A DNA stretch of 64,000 nucleotides from Methylocystis sp. (GTDB lineage Bacteria > Pseudomonadota > Alphaproteobacteria > Rhizobiales > Beijerinckiaceae), in NCBI GenBank assembly GCA_040399965.1, contig JBBARD010000001.1:14187-78186 (forward strand), given 5' to 3'. The stretch's first letter is position 1, and every line of letters begins with the position of its first letter. Of the stretch, positions 46,885 through 56,048 are shown piece after piece. The notes under the pieces were generated by a model, which was given only the letters and a program-made list of their open reading frames with translations, was not told the DNA's origin and searched no databases. The position numbers and the translations under genes are program-made.

Positions 46885-47240
46885 TAGCGCGGGTTTTCGG
46901 GGTTAATCCCGTTCTGCGAGTGCGATCTTCATTGACAATGCGCTCTTCCCCCGACCGCGATCCTGTGGCGGCATATCGGGCGGGTTCAAGACCGCGCCGG
47001 GCGCTTCACGACCAGTCCGAGGGAGGTCCGCAAGCGCAATCCAGCGGCGGTCCCGCCAATCTCCGGGCTTGAACCCAAGCATCGTCGCGGCCATTTCCGG
47101 TTTACGACCTGGTCGGACGCGTTGGCCGATCCGGCGAGGCGAGATAAGAAAAGCATCGCAACCGCGCGGACGCCTCTCGTCGTTCGCAAGCGTCCATGTC
47201 ACGACCGCCGCAGCCCGCCGAGGAAAGGAAAATCGATCCG

Positions 47241-47525
47241 ATGCCCTCACGCAACAACGCCCTCGAAAATTTTCTGGGCGGCTCGCCGATTTCCGTCGTC
47301 ACGCGGCTGTTCTTCGTTTCGCTTGTCGTTGGCGCTTTGCTGATGTGGCTTGAACTGCGGCCAATGGACGTCCTGCGTGGGGTTCAGGCGTTTTTCGAGC
47401 GCATCTATCAGCTTGGCTTCGGCGCGGTGCGGGAGCTTGCGAGCTATGTAGTGGCGGGCGCGGTCTTTGTGGTGCCGGCGTGGTTCGTTCTGCGACTGAT
47501 GAATATGAGCGGGCGCGGGCGTTAG
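47241..47525 (+). CDS. small two-TM membrane protein (DUF6460-like)
   Basis: ORF trimmed to ATG 47241. The sequence ALENFLGGSPISVVTRLFFVSLVVG...VPAWFVLRLM resembles a small conserved Rhizobiales family. Confidence 0.5.
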   Translation: MPSRNNALENFLGGSPISVVTRLFFVSLVVGALLMWLELRPMDVLRGVQAFFERIYQLGFGAVRELASYVVAGAVFVVPAWFVLRLMNMSGRGR

Positions 47526-47950
47526 GTTCCGTCCCAGTCCTTTTCTCCCGCCATCTCCAGTACGAGACGCCATTCCGCTTCGGTCACCGGTTGTACGGAA
47601 AGGCGCGAGTTATTGACCAGCGCCATATCCGCGAGCTTCGGTTCGTTCTTGATCTGTGCGAGCGTCACGGCTTTCAGCGGTTTGATTGCCTTGACGTCGA
47701 CCATGCCGAACTTGCCAGTCTCGTCGGTGTGATCTGGGTAATAGGTCTTGATGACCTCGACGACGCCGACAATCGCACGCTCTTCGTTGGAGTGATAGAA
47801 GAATCCCCTGTCGCCTTTCTTCATTGCCATCATGTGTTTTTTAGCGAGATGATTTCGCACGCCATTCCAGAATGTGCCTTTGGCGCCGGCGTCGACCTGC
47901 TGCAACCATGACCATGTTGCGGGTTCGCTTTTGAACAGCCAGTGGGCCAT
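47522..47950 (-). CDS. EVE domain-containing protein
   Basis: Contains HWLFKSEP...W.GVRN and FYHSN motifs. The start overlaps the YciI stop codon. Confidence 0.85.
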   Translation of the reverse strand: MAHWLFKSEPATWSWLQQVDAGAKGTFWNGVRNHLAKKHMMAMKKGDRGFFYHSNEERAIVGVVEVIKTYYPDHTDETGKFGMVDVKAIKPLKAVTLAQIKNEPKLADMALVNNSRLSVQPVTEAEWRLVLEMAGEKDWDGT

Positions 47951-48234
47951 CACAATTTCGCTCCCACCACATGTTTCCAGAGGCGCAGGTCGACGCGCTC
48001 GAACAGGCCGGCTTTCGCATAAGGGTCTTCCGACAGCAGCGCGCGCGCTGCCGCCTCGTCGACGCAGTCGATAATCAGAAGCGAGCCATTTGGCTTTTCC
48101 GCCGCATCGAGAAAAGGACCGCCAAGCTTAACCGCCTCAGCGTGTTTCGCCAAAAAGGCCAGATGTTCGGAACGCGTGGCGAGCCGAACATCGAGCGCGC
48201 CGGGTTTGTCGTAGCAGAGTGCGGCGAATAGCAA
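47950..48234 (-). CDS. YciI family protein
   Basis: 94 aa. Contains R..HLAFL...GGPF and DPY motifs. Confidence 0.85.
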   Translation of the reverse strand: MLFAALCYDKPGALDVRLATRSEHLAFLAKHAEAVKLGGPFLDAAEKPNGSLLIIDCVDEAAARALLSEDPYAKAGLFERVDLRLWKHVVGAKL

Positions 48235-48278
48235 GGTACACCTCTTTTCGTGGGAGTGTCGCCGAAGGGCCAGAACGC

Positions 48279-49316
48279 CTAACCGCCCGCCTGCTCGAAG
48301 GTTTTCTCCGTCGCCAGGACGCGATCGCCGAAGGCTGTGATGTTATCCCGCAAGGCGGCGATCTCCGGATCGGTTCCGATCGAGCCCCCGCCGGTCGCGC
48401 GCCGTCGCGCTTGCTCGGCGCGGAGAGCTTCAAGGGCGCCATTAAGCATGGCGACGTCGGCGCGGGCGGCCTCGAGCCGGGTGGCCGTTTCGCCGGCTTC
48501 GGCGCGCGCCTCGGCGCAAGCCGTCTCGAGGCGCGAGATTTCGTTTTCGAAACGCTGCTGCGCGTTGGTCGCCTCGGCGCGGGCGTCGTCGAGGCCTTTC
48601 TGCAATTCACGACGATCAGAGTCCATGAGAGAAAGTTGCTGCGTCAGTGTGGCGTTGTCCGCCTTGTGCCGGGCCAGCTCTTCCTCAAGCGCAGCTGCGC
48701 GAGACGCCGCCGCCGCGCTGCGCTCGTAATCGTCGCGAAGCCTTTCTGTCTCCTGCTCCAGACGAATATTCTCCTCATGCATGGCGCCGATGCGGGCTTC
48801 ATGCGCCGCGACGCGCGTATGCACGACTTCCGTCTCGCGACCGAGCTGTTCCTTGTCCTGTTCGAGCAGCCGCAGTCTTGCGATCCCACGTTCGGCGCGT
48901 TCGGTCATTTCGTGAAGCGCCATTTCCGTCGAGCGTAACAGTTCTGTGCGCTCCGCTACAGTTTTCAGAGCTTCGTCGATCCGCGCCTGCATGTCGCGAT
49001 GCAAGGTCTCGGCTTTCTTCAGCCATTCGCCCGCTTCGGCGACCTTTCCGGCATATCGGCCCGTCGTCGCCATGTCCTGGGCGCGGGCAGCCTGAAGCGA
49101 CTCCATTTCCTGTTCGAGGCGGCGCTCACGAACCGCGAATTCGGCGCGCAGCAGATCGCGTTCGGCGATCACCTCCTCCATAGACATTGGCGCGAGCATT
49201 TGAAGCCGCCGCATCGACAGCCTCATCGCCCGGCGCCAGAAAGCGGGGAGCAGCATCAGGGCCAATAGCGCTGCGACCAGAAAGCCGAGCGCGAAATACA
49301 TCGCCTGTTCGATCAC
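48279..49316 (-). CDS. membrane-anchored long coiled-coil protein
   Basis: N-terminal TM helix (YFALGFLVAALLALMLLPAFW) followed by about 300 aa rich in Glu, Arg, Ala and Leu heptads. Confidence 0.65.
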   Translation of the reverse strand: MIEQAMYFALGFLVAALLALMLLPAFWRRAMRLSMRRLQMLAPMSMEEVIAERDLLRAEFAVRERRLEQEMESLQAARAQDMATTGRYAGKVAEAGEWLKKAETLHRDMQARIDEALKTVAERTELLRSTEMALHEMTERAERGIARLRLLEQDKEQLGRETEVVHTRVAAHEARIGAMHEENIRLEQETERLRDDYERSAAAASRAAALEEELARHKADNATLTQQLSLMDSDRRELQKGLDDARAEATNAQQRFENEISRLETACAEARAEAGETATRLEAARADVAMLNGALEALRAEQARRRATGGGSIGTDPEIAALRDNITAFGDRVLATEKTFEQAGG

Positions 49317-49609
49317 GTTGCCTGTCTCCAGTCCCGTGATTGAGGGACGCTGGCAGTCTCTACGCGTTCGTTACTGTCGCATGAATTCGTCTTGAAATCA
49401 AAAACAAGGCGAGCGTGTGAGGTCGTTGGTCCCATCGCGACGTCTGGGTTGAGGTCTCCGGCCTTGCGGCGGATCACGCCGTTTCCAGGGGAGCGCGCGA
49501 CAGGCTTGGCGCGCTTCCCGATCTGATCGAAACCGAGAGGGGGCTGGAATTTCGTTTTATCGGGCCGCCTTTTGCCGAACCGGTTTAAACTTCCGCTAAA
49601 AACTCAAAG

Positions 49610-50209
49610 TCAGAAGGGATTCCAAGTCTTTTCCGTCGTGAATTTCAAATAGCCGAGGTTCATGCCGATTCTTGCGCCAACGCCGCTACGAACCGGAATA
49701 ACCACCACCTCATTGTTATTCAACGCGGTGAATCCAAGCCCGCCAATCAGATAGGCGGAGCCGTCGACGCCAGAATAACGGCGGTAAATGCTCTCGACCG
49801 CCGGCAAATTATAGACCAGCATCATGGTGCGGTCGCCATCCATGCCGGCGTCGAATCCGATGGACGGTCCTTGCCAGAACACCGGTCGTTTGCCGGCGTT
49901 GCGCGTATACATCGTGCCTTCGCCATAGCGCAGTCCGCCGACGAAGGCTCCGCTGCCTTCCTGCCCCAGAATGTAGGCGTTGGGTTTTCCCCATCGACGA
50001 TTGGCGCTTTCCACGCCCTCAGCGAGTCCGCGCGCGATTGAACCGAAAAAGCGGTGGCCGTTGTCGACGATTTCATCGCTGGAAAAAGCTTCCGGGCGAA
50101 CGTCGGCGCGGGCGAAAGGCCCAGGCAGCGCCCCAGCGGCAGCGGCGCCGGCGGCGAGGCTGAAGATGTCGCGGCGGGACAGGATAGCTGAAGGTTTCGA
50201 TACGCTCAT
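49610..50209 (-). CDS. DUF1134 domain-containing protein with a Tat-type signal peptide
   Basis: SRRDIF twin-arginine-like signal. The remainder resembles DUF1134 (YILGQEGSGAFVGGLRYGEG). Confidence 0.7.
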   Translation of the reverse strand: MSVSKPSAILSRRDIFSLAAGAAAAGALPGPFARADVRPEAFSSDEIVDNGHRFFGSIARGLAEGVESANRRWGKPNAYILGQEGSGAFVGGLRYGEGTMYTRNAGKRPVFWQGPSIGFDAGMDGDRTMMLVYNLPAVESIYRRYSGVDGSAYLIGGLGFTALNNNEVVVIPVRSGVGARIGMNLGYLKFTTEKTWNPF

Positions 50210-50320
50210 GACGCGGACTCCGATACGCGGCCTGTCGTTGGCGGTTCGACAGCGCCGACGCGCGGAGTCCCGGGTCAGACGAAGGGGCTTCCGCGCACGG
50301 GGTAATTTCGCGCGCGGCAG

Positions 50321-51160
50321 TTAATTAAACGTTGCGACGCTCGCAGGTTGCGCATCCCCCCAGGCGACAAAGGGACCGTTGCGATAAAAGCCTTCAGCCT
50401 TGCCGTAGACCAGCGGCGCGCCTGCAGGGGTTAACACAGCGCCTCCCGCTGCGCGCAAAATGGCGTCCCCTGCCGCCGTATCCCACTCCATGGTTCGTCC
50501 GAATCGGGGATAAATGTCCGCCCTGCCTTGCGCGATGACGCAAAATTTGAGCGACGAGCCCATCGCCCTCCGCTCCCGGATCGGTAAAGAATTCAGCAAG
50601 GCGACGGTGTTGTCGTCGAGATGCGACTTGGAGAGCAGCGCCGTCAGCCCGCCAGCAGGGCGCGGCCGGACGGCAAGCGCCCCCCAGTCCTGCGAGCCGG
50701 GCAATATTCCCCCCGCCGCCGCTTTGGTCGTGAAGCCCTGTGCGCCGGCGAACCAGACTCGGGCTCCGGCGGGGGCGTAAATGGCGCCAGCGACCGGTTG
50801 GAGCCTGTCGACGAGCGCCACATTGACGGTGTACTCGGGGCTGCGGCCGATGAATTCCCGTGTCCCGTCAATAGGGTCGATCAGCAGAAAGGCGTCTGTG
50901 TGGGGCGGCGTTTCGCCCCGCGCGGCGGCTTCCTCGGCGATTGAGGGCACGCCTGGAAGTTCGCGCTCAAGCGCCCGCATCAGGAAAGCCTCGATCCGCT
51001 CGTCCGCCTCGCTAACCGGAGACTGGTCGGATTTCACGTGCGAGTGGATCTCCGGACGGTCCAGAATTTCGATGGCGATGGCTCCCGCCTCAATCGCCAG
51101 ACTCGCAAACAGACGGGCGAGAGAATTCCGTTCGAGGGGAGAAAGCGTGGGGTTGGTAAT
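50321..51160 (-). CDS. cysQ: 3'(2'),5'-bisphosphate nucleotidase CysQ / inositol monophosphatase family
   Basis: Contains SPVSEAD, IDPIDGT and WDTAAGDAIL motifs. The conserved N-terminal helix (LARLFASLAIEAGAIAIEIL) lies upstream of the first canonical start (GTG 51037). The 5' end shown is a putative ATT start at 51160 and is uncertain. Confidence 0.75.
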   Translation of the reverse strand: MTNPTLSPLERNSLARLFASLAIEAGAIAIEILDRPEIHSHVKSDQSPVSEADERIEAFLMRALERELPGVPSIAEEAAARGETPPHTDAFLLIDPIDGTREFIGRSPEYTVNVALVDRLQPVAGAIYAPAGARVWFAGAQGFTTKAAAGGILPGSQDWGALAVRPRPAGGLTALLSKSHLDDNTVALLNSLPIRERRAMGSSLKFCVIAQGRADIYPRFGRTMEWDTAAGDAILRAAGGAVLTPAGAPLVYGKAEGFYRNGPFVAWGDAQPASVATFN

Positions 51161-51358
51161 GTTTTTTTATCCTTTACAGGGTTCTTGTAGCCCTTGACGG
51201 CCGCGCATTGCATTTCATGCGGTCGCCACTACCCTCTGCGTCAGAACCTTGCAGTGATTCGCGCGCCGCGTCAGCACGTTTCAACCGAATCAATTGCAAT
51301 TGTCGGGCGTGAACACGCAATTCGCCGCGCAAGGCGCGGCCATCTCCGAGGTGGCTTG

Positions 51359-52084
51359 ATGACCCAGTATTCGCTCGACGCGCTCGATCTTGCGGCGTTG
51401 CTGTCCTCGCGTGTTTGTCACGATGTGATTTCTCCGGTTGGCGCCATCGTCAATGGCCTTGAGGTTCTGGAGGAAGAAAACGACCCCGAGATGCGAGGAC
51501 ATGCGCTGGCGCTGATTAAATCAAGCGCCAATGAAGCCAGTTCACGACTGCAATTCTGTCGTCTGGCCTTCGGCGCCGCCGGCTCGAGGGGCGCTTTGAT
51601 CGATACGGGCGACGCTGAAGTGGTAACGCGTCAGTTGCTGGCCGACGAGCGCACGAGGCTGAACTGGAGCGTGCCGCGTGTGCTGATGTCCAAAAACAAG
51701 GTGAAGGTTCTGCTCAATCTTTGCCTGCTTGCCGATGCGACAATTCCACGTGGCGGCGTCATCGCCGTCGCCTCAACTGGCGACGAGGAGAAAGTCGCGT
51801 TCCGGGTCGAGGCGCGGGGCGCCAACGCCCGTCTGGCGGCAGTAACTCCAGCCTTGCTCGCCGGCGAGACGGAAGAGGGCGCGATCGACGCCAGGGCCAT
51901 TCAGGCCTACTACACCGGTCTCGTCGCGAAGGCCTGCGGCCTGGAACTTGGGGCCTCCTGCGACGCTGATCTCGTGGTCTTCGAAGCCCGTCCAGCTGAG
52001 ATCGCAGAAAATGCGATCACACCCGTCGTCGCCGGGTCGGCGCTTACCGAACCTTCCGACGCGCTCCAAAACGCGGTCGCCTGA
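51359..52084 (+). CDS. chpT: histidine phosphotransferase ChpT
   Basis: ORF trimmed to ATG 51359. Contains LLSSRVCHDVISPVGAIVNGLEVL with the phosphorylatable His. HisKA-like plus degenerate CA fold, about 240 aa. Next to ctrA. Confidence 0.8.
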   Translation: MTQYSLDALDLAALLSSRVCHDVISPVGAIVNGLEVLEEENDPEMRGHALALIKSSANEASSRLQFCRLAFGAAGSRGALIDTGDAEVVTRQLLADERTRLNWSVPRVLMSKNKVKVLLNLCLLADATIPRGGVIAVASTGDEEKVAFRVEARGANARLAAVTPALLAGETEEGAIDARAIQAYYTGLVAKACGLELGASCDADLVVFEARPAEIAENAITPVVAGSALTEPSDALQNAVA

Positions 52085-52184
52085 GCAAGAACCCTGAACA
52101 GAACGCTGCGCTCCGGGGGCGGGTCAGGATGGCGTCCCGACCGAGAATTTTCGGAGCGCCCTATTCCTTTTGCTGCAGGAACAT

Positions 52185-52212
52185 AAAAAAGCCCCGGCTC
52201 GTGAGCCGGGGC
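52185..52212 (-). terminator. rho-independent terminator of ctrA (the hairpin is shared with convergent chpT)
   Basis: Stem GCCCCGGCTC/GAGCCGGGGC (52191..52212) with a T6 run on the minus strand, and TTCTGTTG on the plus strand. Confidence 0.75.
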
Positions 52213-52281
52213 TTCTGTTGTCCAAACTTGTTGTTGTCCCTTTAGGCTTGCTCCGGCAATCGGGCAGGAATTAGGCGGCTT

Positions 52282-52983
52282 CTAGGCCGTAATGCGCTCT
52301 TCGGTCTCGCTGGGCTCTCGCAGCACGTAGCCGCGGCCCCAAACCGTTTCGATGTAATTGCGGCCTTCGCTGGCGTTGGCGAGTTTTTTTCGCAGCTTAC
52401 AGATGAACACGTCGATGATCTTGAGTTCTGGCTCGTCCATGCCGCCATAGAGGTGATTAAGAAACATTTCCTTGGTGAGGGTCGTGCCCTTGCGCAGAGA
52501 GAGCAGTTCCAGCATTTGGTATTCTTTGCCGGTCAGATGCACGCGCGCGCCGCTCACCTCAACCGTTTTCTGGTCGAGATTGACGATCAGGTCGCCGGTT
52601 GCGATGACTGACTGCGCATGCCCCTTCGAACGGCGAACAATGGCGTGAATGCGGGCGACCAGTTCGTCCTTGTGGAAGGGTTTGGTCAAGTAATCGTCTG
52701 CGCCGAAACCGAGACCCTTGACCTTATCCTCAATGCCGGCGAGCCCGGAGAGGATCAGGATCGGCGTTTTGACCTTGGCGACGCGCAGCGTGCGCAGCAC
52801 CTCGTATCCGGACATGTCCGGCAGGTTCAGGTCCAGCAGGATGATGTCGTAATCGTAGAGCTTTCCGAGATCGATGCCTTCCTCGCCGAGATCGGTGGTG
52901 TAGACGTTGAAATTCTCGGATTTAAGCATGAGCTCGATGCTTTGAGCGGTCGCGCTGTCGTCTTCAATCAATAAAACGCGCAT
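52282..52983 (-). CDS. ctrA: cell-cycle master response regulator CtrA
   Basis: [36 protein letters not shown]. OmpR-family output domain. Almost identical to canonical CtrA. Confidence 0.97.
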   Translation of the reverse strand: MRVLLIEDDSATAQSIELMLKSENFNVYTTDLGEEGIDLGKLYDYDIILLDLNLPDMSGYEVLRTLRVAKVKTPILILSGLAGIEDKVKGLGFGADDYLTKPFHKDELVARIHAIVRRSKGHAQSVIATGDLIVNLDQKTVEVSGARVHLTGKEYQMLELLSLRKGTTLTKEMFLNHLYGGMDEPELKIIDVFICKLRKKLANASEGRNYIETVWGRGYVLREPSETEERITA

Positions 52984-53521
52984 GTTCGTTCCCCGGCGAG
53001 CTCCAGTAAATACAAAAATATTTTGTCGTTCTCATTCACACGGCCGCTCGGTTCGCGACCTGCGGACGACGAGACCCTTCCCGACATGAACGAAAGGTAA
53101 GCGCTAATGGTTAACAAAGGTTCACCAGCGAGGCCGCCGCGCCCAAATTATTAATGCGACAGTCTCGGGAACCCTGACGCGACGCGCGCCGGAGTGGCGG
53201 CGATACCGGGGAAAAGGGACGACGTCGATTGATGCGAATCAGCCAACAAAGTTCAATCTACCCGTTTTCCAAAGTTGAGGGGAAGTCGCCAAAACTGGTA
53301 ACAATACGATCTTGCGCGCAAGCGTGATTGACTTGTAACGGCGCTTTCTCGTATATGCCTCGCACGGCGTCGCTCCCCAACAAGGGGCGACGCCATCCCT
53401 TTTCGCGGTCCCTCGACAGCGGGCGGCGATGGCGGCCAGGTTTTGGCCCCGTCCGCTAACAGGGCCGATTAGATAATGTCTTTAGTAAGATAGGCGGCGC
53501 GGCCGCCTGTGGAGAACGTCG

Positions 53522-53656
53522 GTGAAACGGACCTATCAACCCAGCAAAATCGTGCGCAAGCGTCGTCATGGTTTTCGCGCGCGCATGGCCACCGTCGGCG
53601 GCCGCAAAGTTATCGCCGCGCGTCGCGCGCGTGGCCGCAAGCGCCTGTCCGCCTGA
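53522..53656 (+). CDS. rpmH: 50S ribosomal protein L34
   Basis: Not in the ORF track (44 aa). Hand translation from GTG 53522 (GGAG upstream): [44 protein letters not shown]. Confidence 0.95.
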   Translation: MKRTYQPSKIVRKRRHGFRARMATVGGRKVIAARRARGRKRLSA

Positions 53657-53691
53657 GGTTCACGGCGGCGGCTGGATGGCCGGACGGCAGC

Positions 53692-54222
53692 ATGACGACG
53701 AACGCCCCCTCCGGCTTAGCCCACTCTCCCAATTCTCCGCATCGTCTTCGCCGGCGAAGTGAGTTCCTGGTCGCAGCGAAATCCGGTCTGCGCAACTCTG
53801 GACGCCTGTTCACTATCCAGATGGTTGATCAGGCGCAGATGGTTTGGCCGGCGACGATGGGGCCGCCCGCCGCCGACGCGCCGCCGAGATTTGGTTTAAC
53901 CGTCACCAAGAAGGTCGCTGGCGCCGTCGGCCGAAATCGTATCCGACGGCGTTTGCGCGAGGCCTTGCGCACCGGCGGCGTCCCGACAGTCATAGGCCGT
54001 GATGGCGGGATTGACGGACATAGCGCAATTGGCGGAATTGACGGACTTGGCGCGCGCGCCGGTCAGGACTACGTAATCATTGCCCGGCGGGAGGCGCTGA
54101 ACGCGCCTTTTGCAGATATCCTATCGCAGATGGCCGAGGGGTTCGCGCGGTTGCAGGACCGCAAAGCGGCGCGCGGTCGGCGAAACCAGACAGAAAGAAC
54201 AGGCGTTCCGCGCGATGAATGA
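53692..54222 (+). CDS. rnpA: ribonuclease P protein component
   Basis: Contains RLRRRSEFL and FGLTVTKKVAGAVGRNRIRRRLREA. Carries a Gly/Ile/Asp-rich insertion. 8-nt overlap with yidC. Confidence 0.85.
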   Translation: MTTNAPSGLAHSPNSPHRLRRRSEFLVAAKSGLRNSGRLFTIQMVDQAQMVWPATMGPPAADAPPRFGLTVTKKVAGAVGRNRIRRRLREALRTGGVPTVIGRDGGIDGHSAIGGIDGLGARAGQDYVIIARREALNAPFADILSQMAEGFARLQDRKAARGRRNQTERTGVPRDE

Positions 54223-55993
54223 GAACACCAGGAATATGCTGCTCGCTGCCGCCGTTTCGATGATTTTCATCGGACTGTGGGATTATTTTTACGCATTTCC
54301 CGAGATGGATCGGCAGAAAAAAGTTCTCGCCGAGCAGGAACGCCTCGCCAAGATCACGCCGCTGGGCGCGCCGGATAAGCCGGTCGTTGAAACCCTCAAG
54401 CGCGTGCTCCAGACACGGGATACAGCGCTGGCGCAAAGTCCCCGCGTGATGATCGATAGCAAATCGATTGTAGGATCTATTGCGCTAAAAGGCGCTCGCA
54501 TCGACGATGTTTCGCTGAAGAATTACCGTCAAAGCGTCGATCCGACGAGCCCGCTCATCACCCTGCTGTCGCCGGAAAACGGTCCGGAGGCTTATTATGC
54601 AGAGATTGGCTATCTGACCGCTGCGACCGAAAACGCCCCGGCGTTGCCGACAACCGAAACCCTCTGGACCGCCGATAGCGACAAGCTCACGACGTCTCGT
54701 CCTGTCACGCTCACCTGGGACAATGGCCAGGGTCTGATCTTCAAACGGGTAATTTCGGTCGATGAGGAATATCTCTTTGCGGTGAAGGACAGCGTCGAGA
54801 ACAAGTCTGGCCGGCCCGTTTCGCTTCACACCTTTTCACGCATGATTCGTGTCGGCCATCCTCCGTCCGCCGGTTACGCCGCGCTGCACGAGGGTTTTGT
54901 CGGCGTTATCGGCGACAAGGGCGAAGAACTTGCCTACGATAAACTGGAGAAGGAAGCCAACGCCACCAAGACCTTCAAGGGTATTGGCGGCTGGGTTGGC
55001 TTCACGGACAAATACTGGGGAGCCGTCGTCGCGCCCGACCAGAACGCAGCGATGGAAGCGCGCTATCTCTCCATGGGCGGCGCCGTCAAAACCTATCAAG
55101 CGGACGCAGTGAGCAGCGAGGCGAAATTGCTCGCCCCTGAGACGACGTTCTCGACGACCTCCTATGTCTTCGCCGGCGCCAAGGAGGTCGACACCCTCGA
55201 CGCCTACAAAGCGAATCCCGGTCTCAAACGCTTCGATCTGCTAATCGATTGGGGCTGGTTTTACTTTATCACCCGTCCGATGTTCCGGCTGATCGACCTC
55301 CTTTACCGCGTGCTCGGCAATTTTGGCCTCGCCATTCTGGCGGTGACGGTGATCGTCAAGACGGCTTTCCTGCCGCTCGCCAATAAAAGCTACAAGTCGA
55401 TCGCCAAGATGAAAGAAATTCAGCCCAGGATCAAGGAGCTGAAGGAGAAGCACGGCGACGACAAGCACGCCTTCAACATGGCGCAGATGGAGCTTTTCAA
55501 GCGCGAGAAAGTCAATCCAGCCAGCGGCTGTCTACCCGTGCTGTTGCAAATTCCGGTGTTTTTCTCGCTCTACAAGGTTCTCGTTGTGACGATCGAGATG
55601 CGTCATGCGCCTTTCTTCGGCTGGATCAAGGATCTTTCCGCGCCTGATCCGACAAATGTTTTCAATCTTTTCGGTCTGTTGCCGTTCGATCCGACCCATG
55701 TCGCCATCTTCGGTCCCTATCTTATGCTCGGCGTCTGGCCGTTATTGATGGGCGTTTCGATGTGGCTGCAAATGAAGATGAACCCGGAGCCGACCGACGA
55801 AGTCCAAAAAATAATGTTCAACTACATGCCGCTGATGTTCACATTCACCATGGGCGGCTTCGCTTCCGGTCTCGTGATTTACTGGACCTGGAACAATCTG
55901 CTGTCGGTCATCCAGCAGGGCGTGATCATGAGCCGGGCCGGCGTGAAGTTCGAATTGTGGGATAACCTTCGCAAGACGTTCCAGCGGGCGTGA
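54215..55993 (+). CDS. yidC: membrane protein insertase YidC
   Basis: 592 aa from ATG 54215. Large periplasmic P1 domain followed by the conserved five-TM core (GCLPVLLQIPVFFSLY). Confidence 0.95.
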   Translation: MNENTRNMLLAAAVSMIFIGLWDYFYAFPEMDRQKKVLAEQERLAKITPLGAPDKPVVETLKRVLQTRDTALAQSPRVMIDSKSIVGSIALKGARIDDVSLKNYRQSVDPTSPLITLLSPENGPEAYYAEIGYLTAATENAPALPTTETLWTADSDKLTTSRPVTLTWDNGQGLIFKRVISVDEEYLFAVKDSVENKSGRPVSLHTFSRMIRVGHPPSAGYAALHEGFVGVIGDKGEELAYDKLEKEANATKTFKGIGGWVGFTDKYWGAVVAPDQNAAMEARYLSMGGAVKTYQADAVSSEAKLLAPETTFSTTSYVFAGAKEVDTLDAYKANPGLKRFDLLIDWGWFYFITRPMFRLIDLLYRVLGNFGLAILAVTVIVKTAFLPLANKSYKSIAKMKEIQPRIKELKEKHGDDKHAFNMAQMELFKREKVNPASGCLPVLLQIPVFFSLYKVLVVTIEMRHAPFFGWIKDLSAPDPTNVFNLFGLLPFDPTHVAIFGPYLMLGVWPLLMGVSMWLQMKMNPEPTDEVQKIMFNYMPLMFTFTMGGFASGLVIYWTWNNLLSVIQQGVIMSRAGVKFELWDNLRKTFQRA

Positions 55994-56048
55994 GGCGTGC
56001 GCGGGCGGTCGGTCGGGCAAGCGGTCGTCGGCATCGTTTCGGTAATTC

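Noticed and set aside
46903-47250. 115-aa minus-strand ORF and other short ORFs in the 356-bp gap after the FTR1 permease.
   Set aside because: Composition is biased (Arg/Pro/Gly), there is no RBS and no recognisable motif. I also saw no riboswitch-like conserved structure. The region is left unassigned.
49480-49609. A stretch downstream of the DUF1134 gene (…GATCGAAACCGAGAGGGGGCTGGAATTTCGTTTTATCGGGCCGCCTTTTGCCGAACCGGTTTAAACTTCCGCTAAAAAC) that resembles the dispersed intergenic repeat elements of Rhizobiales.
   Set aside because: There is only one copy in this window, so repetitiveness cannot be shown here. I cannot match it confidently to a named element from memory.
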